Below, in pieces: positions 10,995 to 19,895 of a stretch of 64,000 nt of DNA. The notes under the pieces are model-generated. The model was not told the DNA's origin. It saw nothing but the letters and a program-made list of their open reading frames with translations, and made no database searches. The stretch comes from an uncultured Planctomycetota bacterium (GTDB lineage: Bacteria; Planctomycetota; Planctomycetia; Isosphaerales; Isosphaeraceae). Position numbers and translations under genes: made by a program. The stretch's first letter is position 1, and each line of letters begins with the position of its first letter. The DNA lies in assembly GCA_963823665.1 (NCBI GenBank), contig CAWGMQ010000005.1, positions 1,856,001 to 1,920,000 of the forward strand, written 5' to 3'.

Positions 10995-12623
10995 ATGGTG
11001 CGCTGGTTCGCTGACCGTCTGCATGAACGGGGTATTCCCTCGGTGAGTCTGCGGCGATTGCTCCCGGGGGCTCATTTCGTGGGAGGCACGGACTGGGAAG
11101 TCTCGGGCTGCTGCGACGATCATCGGCGGCTGGACCCCGGGCAGTTGTTCGTTGCCGTTCCGGAGGCAAAGCCCGGATATGACGGCCATCGCCATATAAG
11201 CGAGGCGCTCGATCGGGGCGCGGCCGGTGTCGTGGTGGAACGCCTTTGCCCGGAGGCCGGGCGGCTTCAGGTGGTCGTTGCCGATGCGCGTGCTGCCCAC
11301 GCGCGGATTTGCCAGGCCCTTTCCGGCGACCCATCGAAGCAACTGGCGACGCTGGGAATCACCGGGAGCCAGGGCAAGACGATCACCGCGCTCATGATCC
11401 GTTCGATTCTCGAGGTTGCCGGCGATCAGTTCGGGCTCATCGGTCCATCCGAGTTCAGCAACGGGGCCAGGTCGCGCATGCTGGGGGCGGGGTTCAAGCA
11501 CGCGAGGGCGAGGGCTGATCTAGCCGGTGCACGCACGCGCCGGCCTCTTGCCGGCCGTGCTCACTTGCCAGACGGGGGCGCATTCGGAGCTGCGCGGCTG
11601 GCTGACCTGCTCGCGGAGATGGTCGATCGCGGGTGCAAGGGAGCAGTCGTCGAAATCTCGGGCGCCGCACTCGAAGATCGCAGCTTTGAAGGAATGGCGT
11701 TCGACGCGGCCGTCGTGACAAATATCGCCGGAGTGGGTGGATCTTCGCCCGAGACACTGATCTCGCTGCGCAGGGCCAAAGCCAAGCTGTTCCGCCAACT
11801 GGTTTCCGGCGGGCTGGCAGTCGTGAACGCCGATGACCGAAATGCAGAAATGCTGGGTGGAGTGAACCTCGAGGCACGCCGGGTTGCCTTTGCGCTTCAA
11901 CCGGTTGCCAGCTCGGGCGCGATGGTCGACATCTCGGCCCGGCTCGAATCACTGGATGGCTCGGGAACGCGGATGCTGCTCCACGGGTTCGACCGCGAGA
12001 TTGGCATACATGTACCCTTGGTGGGCGTGGGGGCGGCAAAATGCGCACTCGCCGCGGCTGCACTGGCGTGGGGCCTTGGCATCGAGGGGTCTGCGGTCGT
12101 CGCGGGTCTTGAGTCCATCCCGCCGGCGCCCGGATATCTCGAGGCTATTCTCGAGGGTCAGAGCTTCGATGTGCGGATCGACGAGGCCCGGACCCCCGGC
12201 GCGCTGGGTGAAGCGCTTGCCGCTCTCCGTTCCATCTCCTCCGGTCGTATTCATTGCGTGGTGAGCGGTGACGGTTGTGTTGAAGAGACCGTGCGGCGTG
12301 AGCTTGCGGCCGCCGCAGAGCTGAGCGCTGACCGCGTGATCCTGACGCTTGGCAACCCACGCACGGAAGACCCCGGCCAGATCCTGAATGAACTGCTGGC
12401 TGGATTCCAGAAGCCGGGGCGGGTTCTCGCCGTGCCTGACCGCCGCGCCGCGATTGAAACAGCGCTCGCCGACGCTCGCTGTGGCGACGCTGTACTCATC
12501 GCCGGTAAGGGCCGCCATTCCTTCCAGATTTTTGCGGATCGAGTCATCCCGTTTGACGACAATGCAGTTGCGGCACAGTGGCTGCGCAATCACCGTGTCT
12601 CGCCAATCAATCGGTCGGCGTGA
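10995..12623 (+). CDS. divergent Mur ligase family protein (MurE-like)
   Basis: PGQLFVAV...DGH, P-loop GITGSQGKT, VVNADD, NPRTED, DRRAAI, VLIAGKG. Several MurE catalytic motifs are altered. Confidence 0.8.
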   Translation: MVRWFADRLHERGIPSVSLRRLLPGAHFVGGTDWEVSGCCDDHRRLDPGQLFVAVPEAKPGYDGHRHISEALDRGAAGVVVERLCPEAGRLQVVVADARAAHARICQALSGDPSKQLATLGITGSQGKTITALMIRSILEVAGDQFGLIGPSEFSNGARSRMLGAGFKHARARADLAGARTRRPLAGRAHLPDGGAFGAARLADLLAEMVDRGCKGAVVEISGAALEDRSFEGMAFDAAVVTNIAGVGGSSPETLISLRRAKAKLFRQLVSGGLAVVNADDRNAEMLGGVNLEARRVAFALQPVASSGAMVDISARLESLDGSGTRMLLHGFDREIGIHVPLVGVGAAKCALAAAALAWGLGIEGSAVVAGLESIPPAPGYLEAILEGQSFDVRIDEARTPGALGEALAALRSISSGRIHCVVSGDGCVEETVRRELAAAAELSADRVILTLGNPRTEDPGQILNELLAGFQKPGRVLAVPDRRAAIETALADARCGDAVLIAGKGRHSFQIFADRVIPFDDNAVAAQWLRNHRVSPINRSA

Positions 12624-12876
12624 ATTTCCGAAATTGAATTCGAAGCGTTGTCCTCGCCGCGGCAATGCTTTGCGGTCGAAGATCAACTTCATTTGCGATG
12701 ATCGAGCGAACATTTCCCAGCCCTGATGCGTCTGAACACTAGGTGCGATGCGATCGAGCGGCGTCAGCCGGAATGTCACCGCAAGAAAGATCGTGCCAAA
12801 ACGAAGAACAAGATAAGAACACCAGAACTGAACTAGACTCGATGTAGTGGGAAGCGAAACCCGGCAGGAACAAGCG

Positions 12877-13254
12877 ATGTTATTGCAAGAAACACAGTCG
12901 ACGCATCAAAAGCTCCGCCGGCGTGAGCCTGCCGGCGTGGAGCATGACCCAGCCGCCTCGAGCGCGATGCTCCGTGAGCTGGCTGTGCGCGCTCACCGCC
13001 TGGTCCGGGAGATGGACGACGCACGATCGCGGCCGGTGTCTGTGATCGATCAAGGAACGCTCTTCAACCTGGAACAGGAACTGATCGAGCTGCGTTCCGA
13101 GATCATTCAGCTCGAGCGGAGACTGCAAGCGCAGAGCCTCGGTGGTCTAGCCGCGTATGTCGTGGCCTTGCGGCAAAGAGTGGAGGATAGTTTGACCTGC
13201 GCTCGCGGGCAGCGCAAGCCCGGGCGAGCTTTGATTCAGGCGATCGAGGACTGA
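12877..13254 (+). CDS. hypothetical coiled-coil protein
   Basis: AGGAA RBS; heptad-rich LEQELIELRSEIIQLERRL. Confidence 0.55.
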   Translation: MLLQETQSTHQKLRRREPAGVEHDPAASSAMLRELAVRAHRLVREMDDARSRPVSVIDQGTLFNLEQELIELRSEIIQLERRLQAQSLGGLAAYVVALRQRVEDSLTCARGQRKPGRALIQAIED

Positions 13255-13369
13255 AGACGCCGGAGCGGGAACTCGACTTCCGCATTCATTCACGAACAAC
13301 CGAACTGACGCGACATCGCGTTGTCCGGCACGCCCCGATGCGATAAGCTGAACGCGGGGAGGTGCTGAA

Positions 13370-14389
13370 TTGATGCGGAAAACACGCCTGGTTGGGACTG
13401 CCGGGATCAAGCAAGCAAGCGCCGGCGCGTTGGGTCTGATCTTCCTTGCCGCCGGGCTCTGGACCGCGGCATTTCTGGCTGTGGTGCCCGCTCACGCGCA
13501 GGAACGAGGGTCTGGTGCGAAGTCTACGACCGCGGGCCGCGGTATTGATTCCGGACCGGGCGCTGGCGGCGGTGACGATATCACGATCGATCCCGGCGAC
13601 GACGGCAAGGATGGCTCGGCTCGGGGCCGCGGTTCCGAGTCGCTCTTGAGTGCGATCGCGAATGCTCCCGTTCCGGTGATCGTGGTGACGATTATCATCG
13701 TCGCAATGTCGTTCTACTTGTTCGCGCTGGTGGTCTGGATGGCCCTCAACTACCGCAGTTCGACTGCAATTCCACCCGACCTGGTGCGTGACGTTCAGGA
13801 TTTTCTCGATCAGGCAAAATATAACGAAGCATATCATCGGCTCGTGCCGGATTCTTCGTTCCTGGCGCGGGTGCTGGCGGCCGGGGTTCGCAAGCTGCCG
13901 GCGGGTCTTTCTCAGGCGCAGCGAGCCTGTGAGCTGGCCAACGAAAGCGCAACCATGGAAATGGAGCATCGCACAACCTATCTGGCCACGGTGGGGACAC
14001 TGGGACCGATGATCGGGCTGGTTGGCACGGTCTACGGCATGATCATGGCTTTCGGAGTGATTGCCGTCGAGGGCTCATCGCCGCAGGCGAACCTGCTTGC
14101 GAGGGGAATTTCGACGGCACTTTACGCGACACTCGAGGGCATTGCGATCTCGATTCCCGCCATCTTCTTCTACGCGCTCTTCCGCAACCGGATCGCGCGG
14201 CTGTCGCTGGAAGTGGGAATGACAGTCGAGCCGCTGCTCGAGCAATTCGCTCCCGGAGTCAGAACCGTGACGCAAAGCCCCGGTACAAATCAAGCACCAG
14301 CGGCGGCCCATCCTCATCCCTTTGCCGTCAATGCCGCGCTGGCAGCCGCCACGACAGCCGCGCGGCCCGCGTTACCCTCCGCGGAATGA
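13370..14389 (+). CDS. exbB: MotA/TolQ/ExbB proton channel protein with N-terminal signal peptide
   Basis: LATVGTLGPMIGLVGTVYGMI and GISTALYATLEG. Confidence 0.88.
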   Translation: MMRKTRLVGTAGIKQASAGALGLIFLAAGLWTAAFLAVVPAHAQERGSGAKSTTAGRGIDSGPGAGGGDDITIDPGDDGKDGSARGRGSESLLSAIANAPVPVIVVTIIIVAMSFYLFALVVWMALNYRSSTAIPPDLVRDVQDFLDQAKYNEAYHRLVPDSSFLARVLAAGVRKLPAGLSQAQRACELANESATMEMEHRTTYLATVGTLGPMIGLVGTVYGMIMAFGVIAVEGSSPQANLLARGISTALYATLEGIAISIPAIFFYALFRNRIARLSLEVGMTVEPLLEQFAPGVRTVTQSPGTNQAPAAAHPHPFAVNAALAAATTAARPALPSAE

Positions 14390-14418
14390 AATGCAGATGA
14401 ACGTGCTTCCGCGCCAAG

Positions 14419-14450
14419 CAACTGACAACTGACACCTGACAACTGACAAC
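14419..14450. repeat. intergenic heptamer tandem repeat (ACTGACA, about 4 copies)
   Basis: caactgacaactgacacctgacaactgacaac between exbB and exbD. Confidence 0.75.
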
Positions 14451-14455
14451 AACGC

Positions 14456-14932
14456 ATGCCCCGTCACACCAAGGTTTCGAGCTCAAACGTTCTGAACCCG
14501 AACTTGACCGCGCTTCTGGACGTGGTGCTTCAGCTCATCACGTTCTTCATGATGCTGCTCCATTTCGGCACGCGGCTCGAGGGAGCGACCAAGGCGGTGC
14601 GTCTGCCGCTTGCTCCGGCTGCGCTGCCGGGAACGGAACTCACGTTTGATCGCCTGGCCGTGGCGATGAATGCTCAGGGCCAGCTCATGGTGAAAGGAAA
14701 ATCGCTGGACGAGGAAGCGGCTAATGCATTCTGGGCGGGTGAGGCCAGGGTTCGTCGTGCGGGGATCGAGATATTGGGTGAAGGTGCAACCACCCTGGAA
14801 AACTTACCGACCGTTGTCATCCTTCGCGCCGATCGAAGTGCGTCGTATGGTGCGGTGAGGCGCGCGCTCGCCGCAGCGCAGGACAAGGGATTTGCCCATT
14901 TCAGCCTGGTTGTGCTGCGGAGCCGGCAATGA
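14456..14932 (+). CDS. exbD: ExbD/TolR family protein
   Basis: NLTALLDVVLQLITFFM TM segment with conserved Asp; VILRADR...YG. Confidence 0.88.
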   Translation: MPRHTKVSSSNVLNPNLTALLDVVLQLITFFMMLLHFGTRLEGATKAVRLPLAPAALPGTELTFDRLAVAMNAQGQLMVKGKSLDEEAANAFWAGEARVRRAGIEILGEGATTLENLPTVVILRADRSASYGAVRRALAAAQDKGFAHFSLVVLRSRQ

Positions 14933-15579
14933 GCATTGGATCGGGAATCAAAGTTGGCCCGAGCCTGCCCGGAGCCGAACCTCGGCCTATGCCGGTCGGC
15001 GGCGAAGCCAGAACGCGGGCGCGAAGCTATCGCCCCGGGCCGCCTGATGAAGTCGCCTTTCCCGTGACGCCGATGCTCGACATGGCCTTTCAACTCCTCG
15101 CTTTCTTTATCATTACTTTCAAGCCGCCGACGACGGAAACTCACCTCGACCTCGATCTACCGGCCACACCGGTTGCGCTGCCATCCGCATCACGTGGAGG
15201 CATTCCGCCCATACCCGCTCGAAACGTTGACACGGACCTGGAAAACGACCTCCTGGTCCGCGCACTCGCCGACGACCTGGGTGACTTGAAAGCCTTGAAG
15301 CTCGGCGAAGCAAACGTGAGCGACCTGACCACTCTCGGCAAACGTCTGCGCCAGTATACGGAGCTACTGGAGGGCAAGCCGCTGCGCGTGCGACTGGTCG
15401 CCGACGATAACCTGCGCTATGAACCGGCCGCACGGATCATTGCTACCTGCTCATCCGCCGGTGTGGCCGCGATCCGATTGAGCCCACCGGGGGCGATTCC
15501 AGTTTTACCCGGAGGGGGCGAACGCCCCGCGGGGATCGGCAAAGCGGCTTCCAGAAAAGAACCAGGTAGCGGTCCATGA
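14929..15579 (+). CDS. exbD: second ExbD/TolR family protein
   Basis: VTPMLDMAFQLLAFFI; LVADDNLRYE; ATGA overlap with the previous gene. Confidence 0.85.
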   Translation: MSIGSGIKVGPSLPGAEPRPMPVGGEARTRARSYRPGPPDEVAFPVTPMLDMAFQLLAFFIITFKPPTTETHLDLDLPATPVALPSASRGGIPPIPARNVDTDLENDLLVRALADDLGDLKALKLGEANVSDLTTLGKRLRQYTELLEGKPLRVRLVADDNLRYEPAARIIATCSSAGVAAIRLSPPGAIPVLPGGGERPAGIGKAASRKEPGSGP

Positions 15580-16397
15580 AACACCGCATGCGCTGGGTGG
15601 TGATCGCGCTCGTATCAATGATTCTGGCGGCCGAGGGCCGGGCGTTCTGCAGCGACGATGATCCAGAGACATCCCATCAGCTTTCACTGACTGATCTGGC
15701 GGGATACGCCGCAGCTCTCTCGGGTAAGCCGACCGCCGAAGCGGCCAGGGAGACTGATCCGCCTTTTCGTGTGAAGTTCAAAGACCTGTGGAATCGTCCG
15801 GACCGGTTTCGAGGCCGGCGGGTTACGGTGGAGGGCCGGGTGATGCGGATTTTCCGGCAAGGCCCGCTCGGCAGCTTTCCTGCGCTCGCGGAAGCCTGGA
15901 TCACCTCGCCGGCCGGGGACCCGTTCTGCGTGGTCTTCCCTCAGGACGGCTCAAACGGGCAAAAGGAAGCAGTCCCCGGCGATCCAGCGTCCGTGCGAGC
16001 AGAAGAGGAGAAGGGCGCACAGAACAACGGTGGAATGCCAGCCCAGGGCCGGGTGGTGCACTTCACGGGGACGTTCTTGAAAATGGTGCGATACACCGGA
16101 GCCGACACAAACCGGCTGGCACCGCTCATCGTTGGCGACGCGCGACCAGTGCCGATTCCGACCGAGCGGATCGAGAGAAACAAGGACAGTGCTCTCCCTC
16201 GCGCCACGGACGACGGCGACGCGGCCATCAAGCTCACTTACTGGGCTCTTGGCCTTGCCGCGGCGGGCCTGGTGGCAGTGGGTCTCGCTCGATGGCATTT
16301 GCGCGGGCCGATCTTGCCTTCCCGGCGCCACATGAAATCGGCTGATCTGGGCCCGGACCCGCCGCTGGAGTTCATCGAGCCGCCGAATGAGCCGTGA
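15576..16397 (+). CDS. hypothetical exported protein with C-terminal membrane anchor (possible OB-like domain)
   Basis: Signal peptide, PDRFRGRRVTVEG, C-terminal TM; ATGA overlap with exbD. Confidence 0.65.
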   Translation: MKHRMRWVVIALVSMILAAEGRAFCSDDDPETSHQLSLTDLAGYAAALSGKPTAEAARETDPPFRVKFKDLWNRPDRFRGRRVTVEGRVMRIFRQGPLGSFPALAEAWITSPAGDPFCVVFPQDGSNGQKEAVPGDPASVRAEEEKGAQNNGGMPAQGRVVHFTGTFLKMVRYTGADTNRLAPLIVGDARPVPIPTERIERNKDSALPRATDDGDAAIKLTYWALGLAAAGLVAVGLARWHLRGPILPSRRHMKSADLGPDPPLEFIEPPNEP

Positions 16398-16414
16398 ACT
16401 CCGGTATTCCGCCA

Positions 16415-18040
16415 TCATTCATCGTCGGCTTTGACTTCGTCGAACCGGCCGACTTGCGGATCGAATGAGTAGAGGCGACCGCCGTTGACGACCAGCGCGG
16501 TGCCTCCGGGGCCCACATGAGGGCTATCCGCGTTTCTTCCTTCCACCTTCAGCGTCTGCCAGGTTCCTGTGATGGCACTATAGGCATGGATCGACTGCTC
16601 GTCCTGGACCATCAAGAGGCTGCGAGTGTTGAAGCTGGTGTTAGGCGCCATACGCTTGAGTTCCAAGGTCTGCTGACTCCATTTTCCGGTCACGGCACTG
16701 AAGGCATACACATGGCTGTCGATCACGTAGGCCGCGTAATTGTCTTGCAGGAAAGCATCGGCCTTGAACAACGTCGCGGGTTCTGCCAGAGCTTGCCGGC
16801 TCCACTTCCCAACCTTGGTCGAGAAGACGGCGACCTCGTTGATCGGTTCTCCCAGTTGTCTATCCATGATGAGAGCGACCAGGCGTCGGGACTGCCCGAT
16901 GCGCGGACTGATCATGATGCCCTCGGGAGCCTTGTAGGAATGCCAGCTCTTCCTGTCGGGGTCGTACGCCCAGATTCTCTTGGAGTCTCCGAGCGTGATG
17001 ACGGGTTCCGGCGCGTCGAAAGGCCCCTTCTTGGATTTCACGGCAGAATCACCTGGTGTTTCCGCCGTCGACTTTTCTTTTGCGGGTGGGGTTGACGATT
17101 CGGTCTTTGTGATCGCTTTCGGGTCGCCAGAATCCTGCGTGAGGGGCTGCGACTCTCCCGACGTCACTGTCGCGAGCAGGCCCAGACTCGTGATTACAAT
17201 ACCGGCGGCAAGCGCAGCAGCCACCACTGTCTTGATCCTTGTGAGCCACATGACTCGAAGCACCCTTTCCGCTAAGGTTGTTACCGAAACCGAGAATTGT
17301 CCGCCAATTTGTTTTGCAAGAGGCGTTGCCCGGGTCACGCCGGCAACGGTGGCTTTCGCCAACTGCGTGGAGATCGTCGATGAGGCAAAAACCGCCGGAA
17401 CGGGAGACTCGTATGGTCCGGCCGCCGATGTGATCCCGCGACGAGACAGTCCGTCACGCAGCCGATTTCGACCACGTGCTAGCCGGCTCTTGATCGTTCC
17501 GGGCGGACAGTTGAGATACTTTGCGGCGGCTTCGTAGGAATGGCCCTCGAGGTCGCACAGCACAATCGGCAGGCGAAAGCAGCGCGGAAGTCGGTTGATT
17601 TCCTCATGAAGCGTCTCTGCCCATTCGTCAGGGGAGTCGAGATTGCCAGCGGTGTCCGCGATCTGGGCGGCTCTTCGCTCGATTGCTCGCTGGCGGTTGA
17701 CGACTGTCTTGAGCCGCCCGGCGGCGCGGCGTGCGACTTGATGAAGCCAGGGGGCGATCGAATCGTGCACCCAGAGAGTGCCGCCTTTCTGCGCGAGGAT
17801 AAAGAACGTTGCCTGGAATGCGTCCTGGGCATCGTGATCGTTGCCGACAATGCCGCGGCATACGCAAAACACCATTGCGCCGTGGCGATCCACCAAGGCT
17901 GCAAAGGCCGTTTCGGCGGACTCGCCGCGACGGCGAGCGAATTGCTCGAGCAGTTGACCATCCGACATAGCCGCCACAACTCCCACATCGAAGAGAGTCT
18001 GGAGGTGAGCCAGGGTGGTTTCGCGGTGTTCGTGCGGCAA
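16415..18040 (-). CDS. membrane-anchored ECF sigma-70 factor with extracytoplasmic repeat domain (planctomycete type)
   Basis: SDGQLLEQF, AFAALVDRHG, HDAQDAFQATF, GTIKSRLARGR; a TM helix, then repeats of the type YAFSAVTGKW. Confidence 0.88.
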   Translation of the reverse strand: MPHEHRETTLAHLQTLFDVGVVAAMSDGQLLEQFARRRGESAETAFAALVDRHGAMVFCVCRGIVGNDHDAQDAFQATFFILAQKGGTLWVHDSIAPWLHQVARRAAGRLKTVVNRQRAIERRAAQIADTAGNLDSPDEWAETLHEEINRLPRCFRLPIVLCDLEGHSYEAAAKYLNCPPGTIKSRLARGRNRLRDGLSRRGITSAAGPYESPVPAVFASSTISTQLAKATVAGVTRATPLAKQIGGQFSVSVTTLAERVLRVMWLTRIKTVVAAALAAGIVITSLGLLATVTSGESQPLTQDSGDPKAITKTESSTPPAKEKSTAETPGDSAVKSKKGPFDAPEPVITLGDSKRIWAYDPDRKSWHSYKAPEGIMISPRIGQSRRLVALIMDRQLGEPINEVAVFSTKVGKWSRQALAEPATLFKADAFLQDNYAAYVIDSHVYAFSAVTGKWSQQTLELKRMAPNTSFNTRSLLMVQDEQSIHAYSAITGTWQTLKVEGRNADSPHVGPGGTALVVNGGRLYSFDPQVGRFDEVKADDE

Positions 18041-18291
18041 TTTTGGGACTCGTAGAACCGCCGAGAGCTAAAGCACTGAAGTGCCAAGGACTGAAGCCCG
18101 TGCCTATTGACCGCGGCCCCGGTCGGGCCGAAGTCAAGTTTCCGATTGTCGAGCAGCCCTCGGTGGGCTTTTCGATCTATTCATTAAAGCATAGTGGGCC
18201 GTGAATTGTTCCCGGACAACTTCGAGAATCTGCTGGATCATCTTGACGAGTGGCTCTACCATGCGAGAATCGATCGGGGGTTTACAATCGC

Positions 18292-19341
18292 ATGCGGTCA
18301 TTCCCTATACCCAAACGGCGCAAAACGATTGAGCTGGGGCAATCACCGCTCACGGACCTGCGTGCGCTGGGTAGCTCGACGTTGTTTCACGCCCTGGTGG
18401 TTCTGCTGGCATCGTTCACGGTTCTGAACGCCGCGCTGCCGCTGGGTGGGGAGTCAACGCGTCCGCGGGCGCTCTACACCGAACTCGATCCAGTTGATAA
18501 CCGGGAGAGCGTTCCTCCGTCGCCGGGAGAGGGGGGCGGGAGCCCGGGTGAGGTCGGAGGAACCAGCAGCGTACCGTTTGTTTCCAATGTGGAAGGTAAG
18601 ACACCGCAGCAAGCGACTCGCGACCCGGTGGCCGACAATCTGCTGGCGGAAATCCTTCCCGATCCACAACCCAAGCCTGCAGAAACACAACAGCGGGCAC
18701 TACCCGGGCCACGAACGACCGGTGAGGGAATTCTTCCGGGGTCGGGCTCCGGCGGTGGTGAAGGCGTTGGTGGGGGCTCTGCCGGTGGCGCCGGCCGAAG
18801 CATAGGTCCCGGTACGCAGTTCTTCGGAGCACGCGAACATGCTCACTCGTTCACCTATGTGATCGACTGCTCGGGGAGCATGGCGACGCGTAATTCGCTG
18901 GACGTCGCGAAACGCGAAATGATGGCGAGCATCAACCAGCTTGCGCCCGATGCGGAGTTTGCCGTTATTTTCTATAATCTCCAAACTCGCGTTCTCAATG
19001 ATCCTCAAGGCCAGAAAGGGCTTATGGCGGCGACCGCGCTGAACAAGGGTCGGGTGCAGTCGCAACTCGAGGCCGTATCACCGCTGGGCGGTACGGACCA
19101 TAAGGGGGCCTTGCGCGAGGCGCTCAAGCTGAAATCCGAGGTCATTTTCTTTTTGACCGACGCGGAGTTGATTTCCAACAGCGACATCGACGAGATTCTT
19201 CCCGAGGTAGGTCATACGCGAATTCAAGCCGTCGAGTTTGGCTTCGGAATGTCTCTCGGCCAGCGGACGCCCTTGAGCCGGTTAGCCACGACGACTGGGG
19301 GCACTTACCGTTACATCGACGTCAGCCGATTTGCCCACTGA
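18292..19341 (+). CDS. membrane-anchored vWA domain protein
   Basis: MIDAS motif YVIDCSGSM, GGT, FFLTD; N-terminal TM and Gly/Pro-rich linker. Confidence 0.85.
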   Translation: MRSFPIPKRRKTIELGQSPLTDLRALGSSTLFHALVVLLASFTVLNAALPLGGESTRPRALYTELDPVDNRESVPPSPGEGGGSPGEVGGTSSVPFVSNVEGKTPQQATRDPVADNLLAEILPDPQPKPAETQQRALPGPRTTGEGILPGSGSGGGEGVGGGSAGGAGRSIGPGTQFFGAREHAHSFTYVIDCSGSMATRNSLDVAKREMMASINQLAPDAEFAVIFYNLQTRVLNDPQGQKGLMAATALNKGRVQSQLEAVSPLGGTDHKGALREALKLKSEVIFFLTDAELISNSDIDEILPEVGHTRIQAVEFGFGMSLGQRTPLSRLATTTGGTYRYIDVSRFAH

Positions 19342-19895
19342 AAGTGCCACACGGACTTCCGGCCTTTCGCCCAGCGTCTGACTGAACTATGCTCGTGTGC
19401 TTGGAAGCTGCCACCACATGCCTGAGTGAATGGATGGTGTGAGTTTGTGGTGAGATTTGCAGGCTAGACTCTTTTCCGATGGCCGAGGGTTGTGTTTAAT
19501 CGCTGGGCCACGTGAGTGAATCGGTGCGCGAATCTTCGAAGCCGTCACGGAGAGCTGGGCCGGGAACGGAGACTGGTAGACCACGAATGACGGCTTGGTG
19601 AAGATTTGTGTGTCGGCCCGGAGGAGTTGGGGGAGGGGGAACGGGAGTTGCTTCCCGGCGTTTTATCCCCTTAGTGTATCGGGAGCAGGCGCATGTGCGG
19701 GCGCCGGCGTCCTGTTGAGATTGGCACTCCGGCTGCCGCGATCTGGACCTGATCGATTCGCTCACTCACAAAAACACTTGAGATCGATTTCGACGGTGCT
19801 CACGAGCACTCAACATGATCAGAGGCGCTCGCGAGGTATCCGACGACCGGTAACTGCTCTGAATGTAGCAACACTTGAACCCGGAGATGCGGAAA

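Noticed and set aside
12781..12800. Sigma-54 promoter (TGGCACG on the minus strand)
   Set aside because: No GC at the -12 position with correct spacing, and it points antisense into the Mur ligase gene.
19548..19587. SRP RNA domain IV resemblance (CCG-GGAA-CGG)
   Set aside because: Lacks the conserved CAGG/AGCA symmetric loop; kept only as an unclassified structured-RNA candidate.
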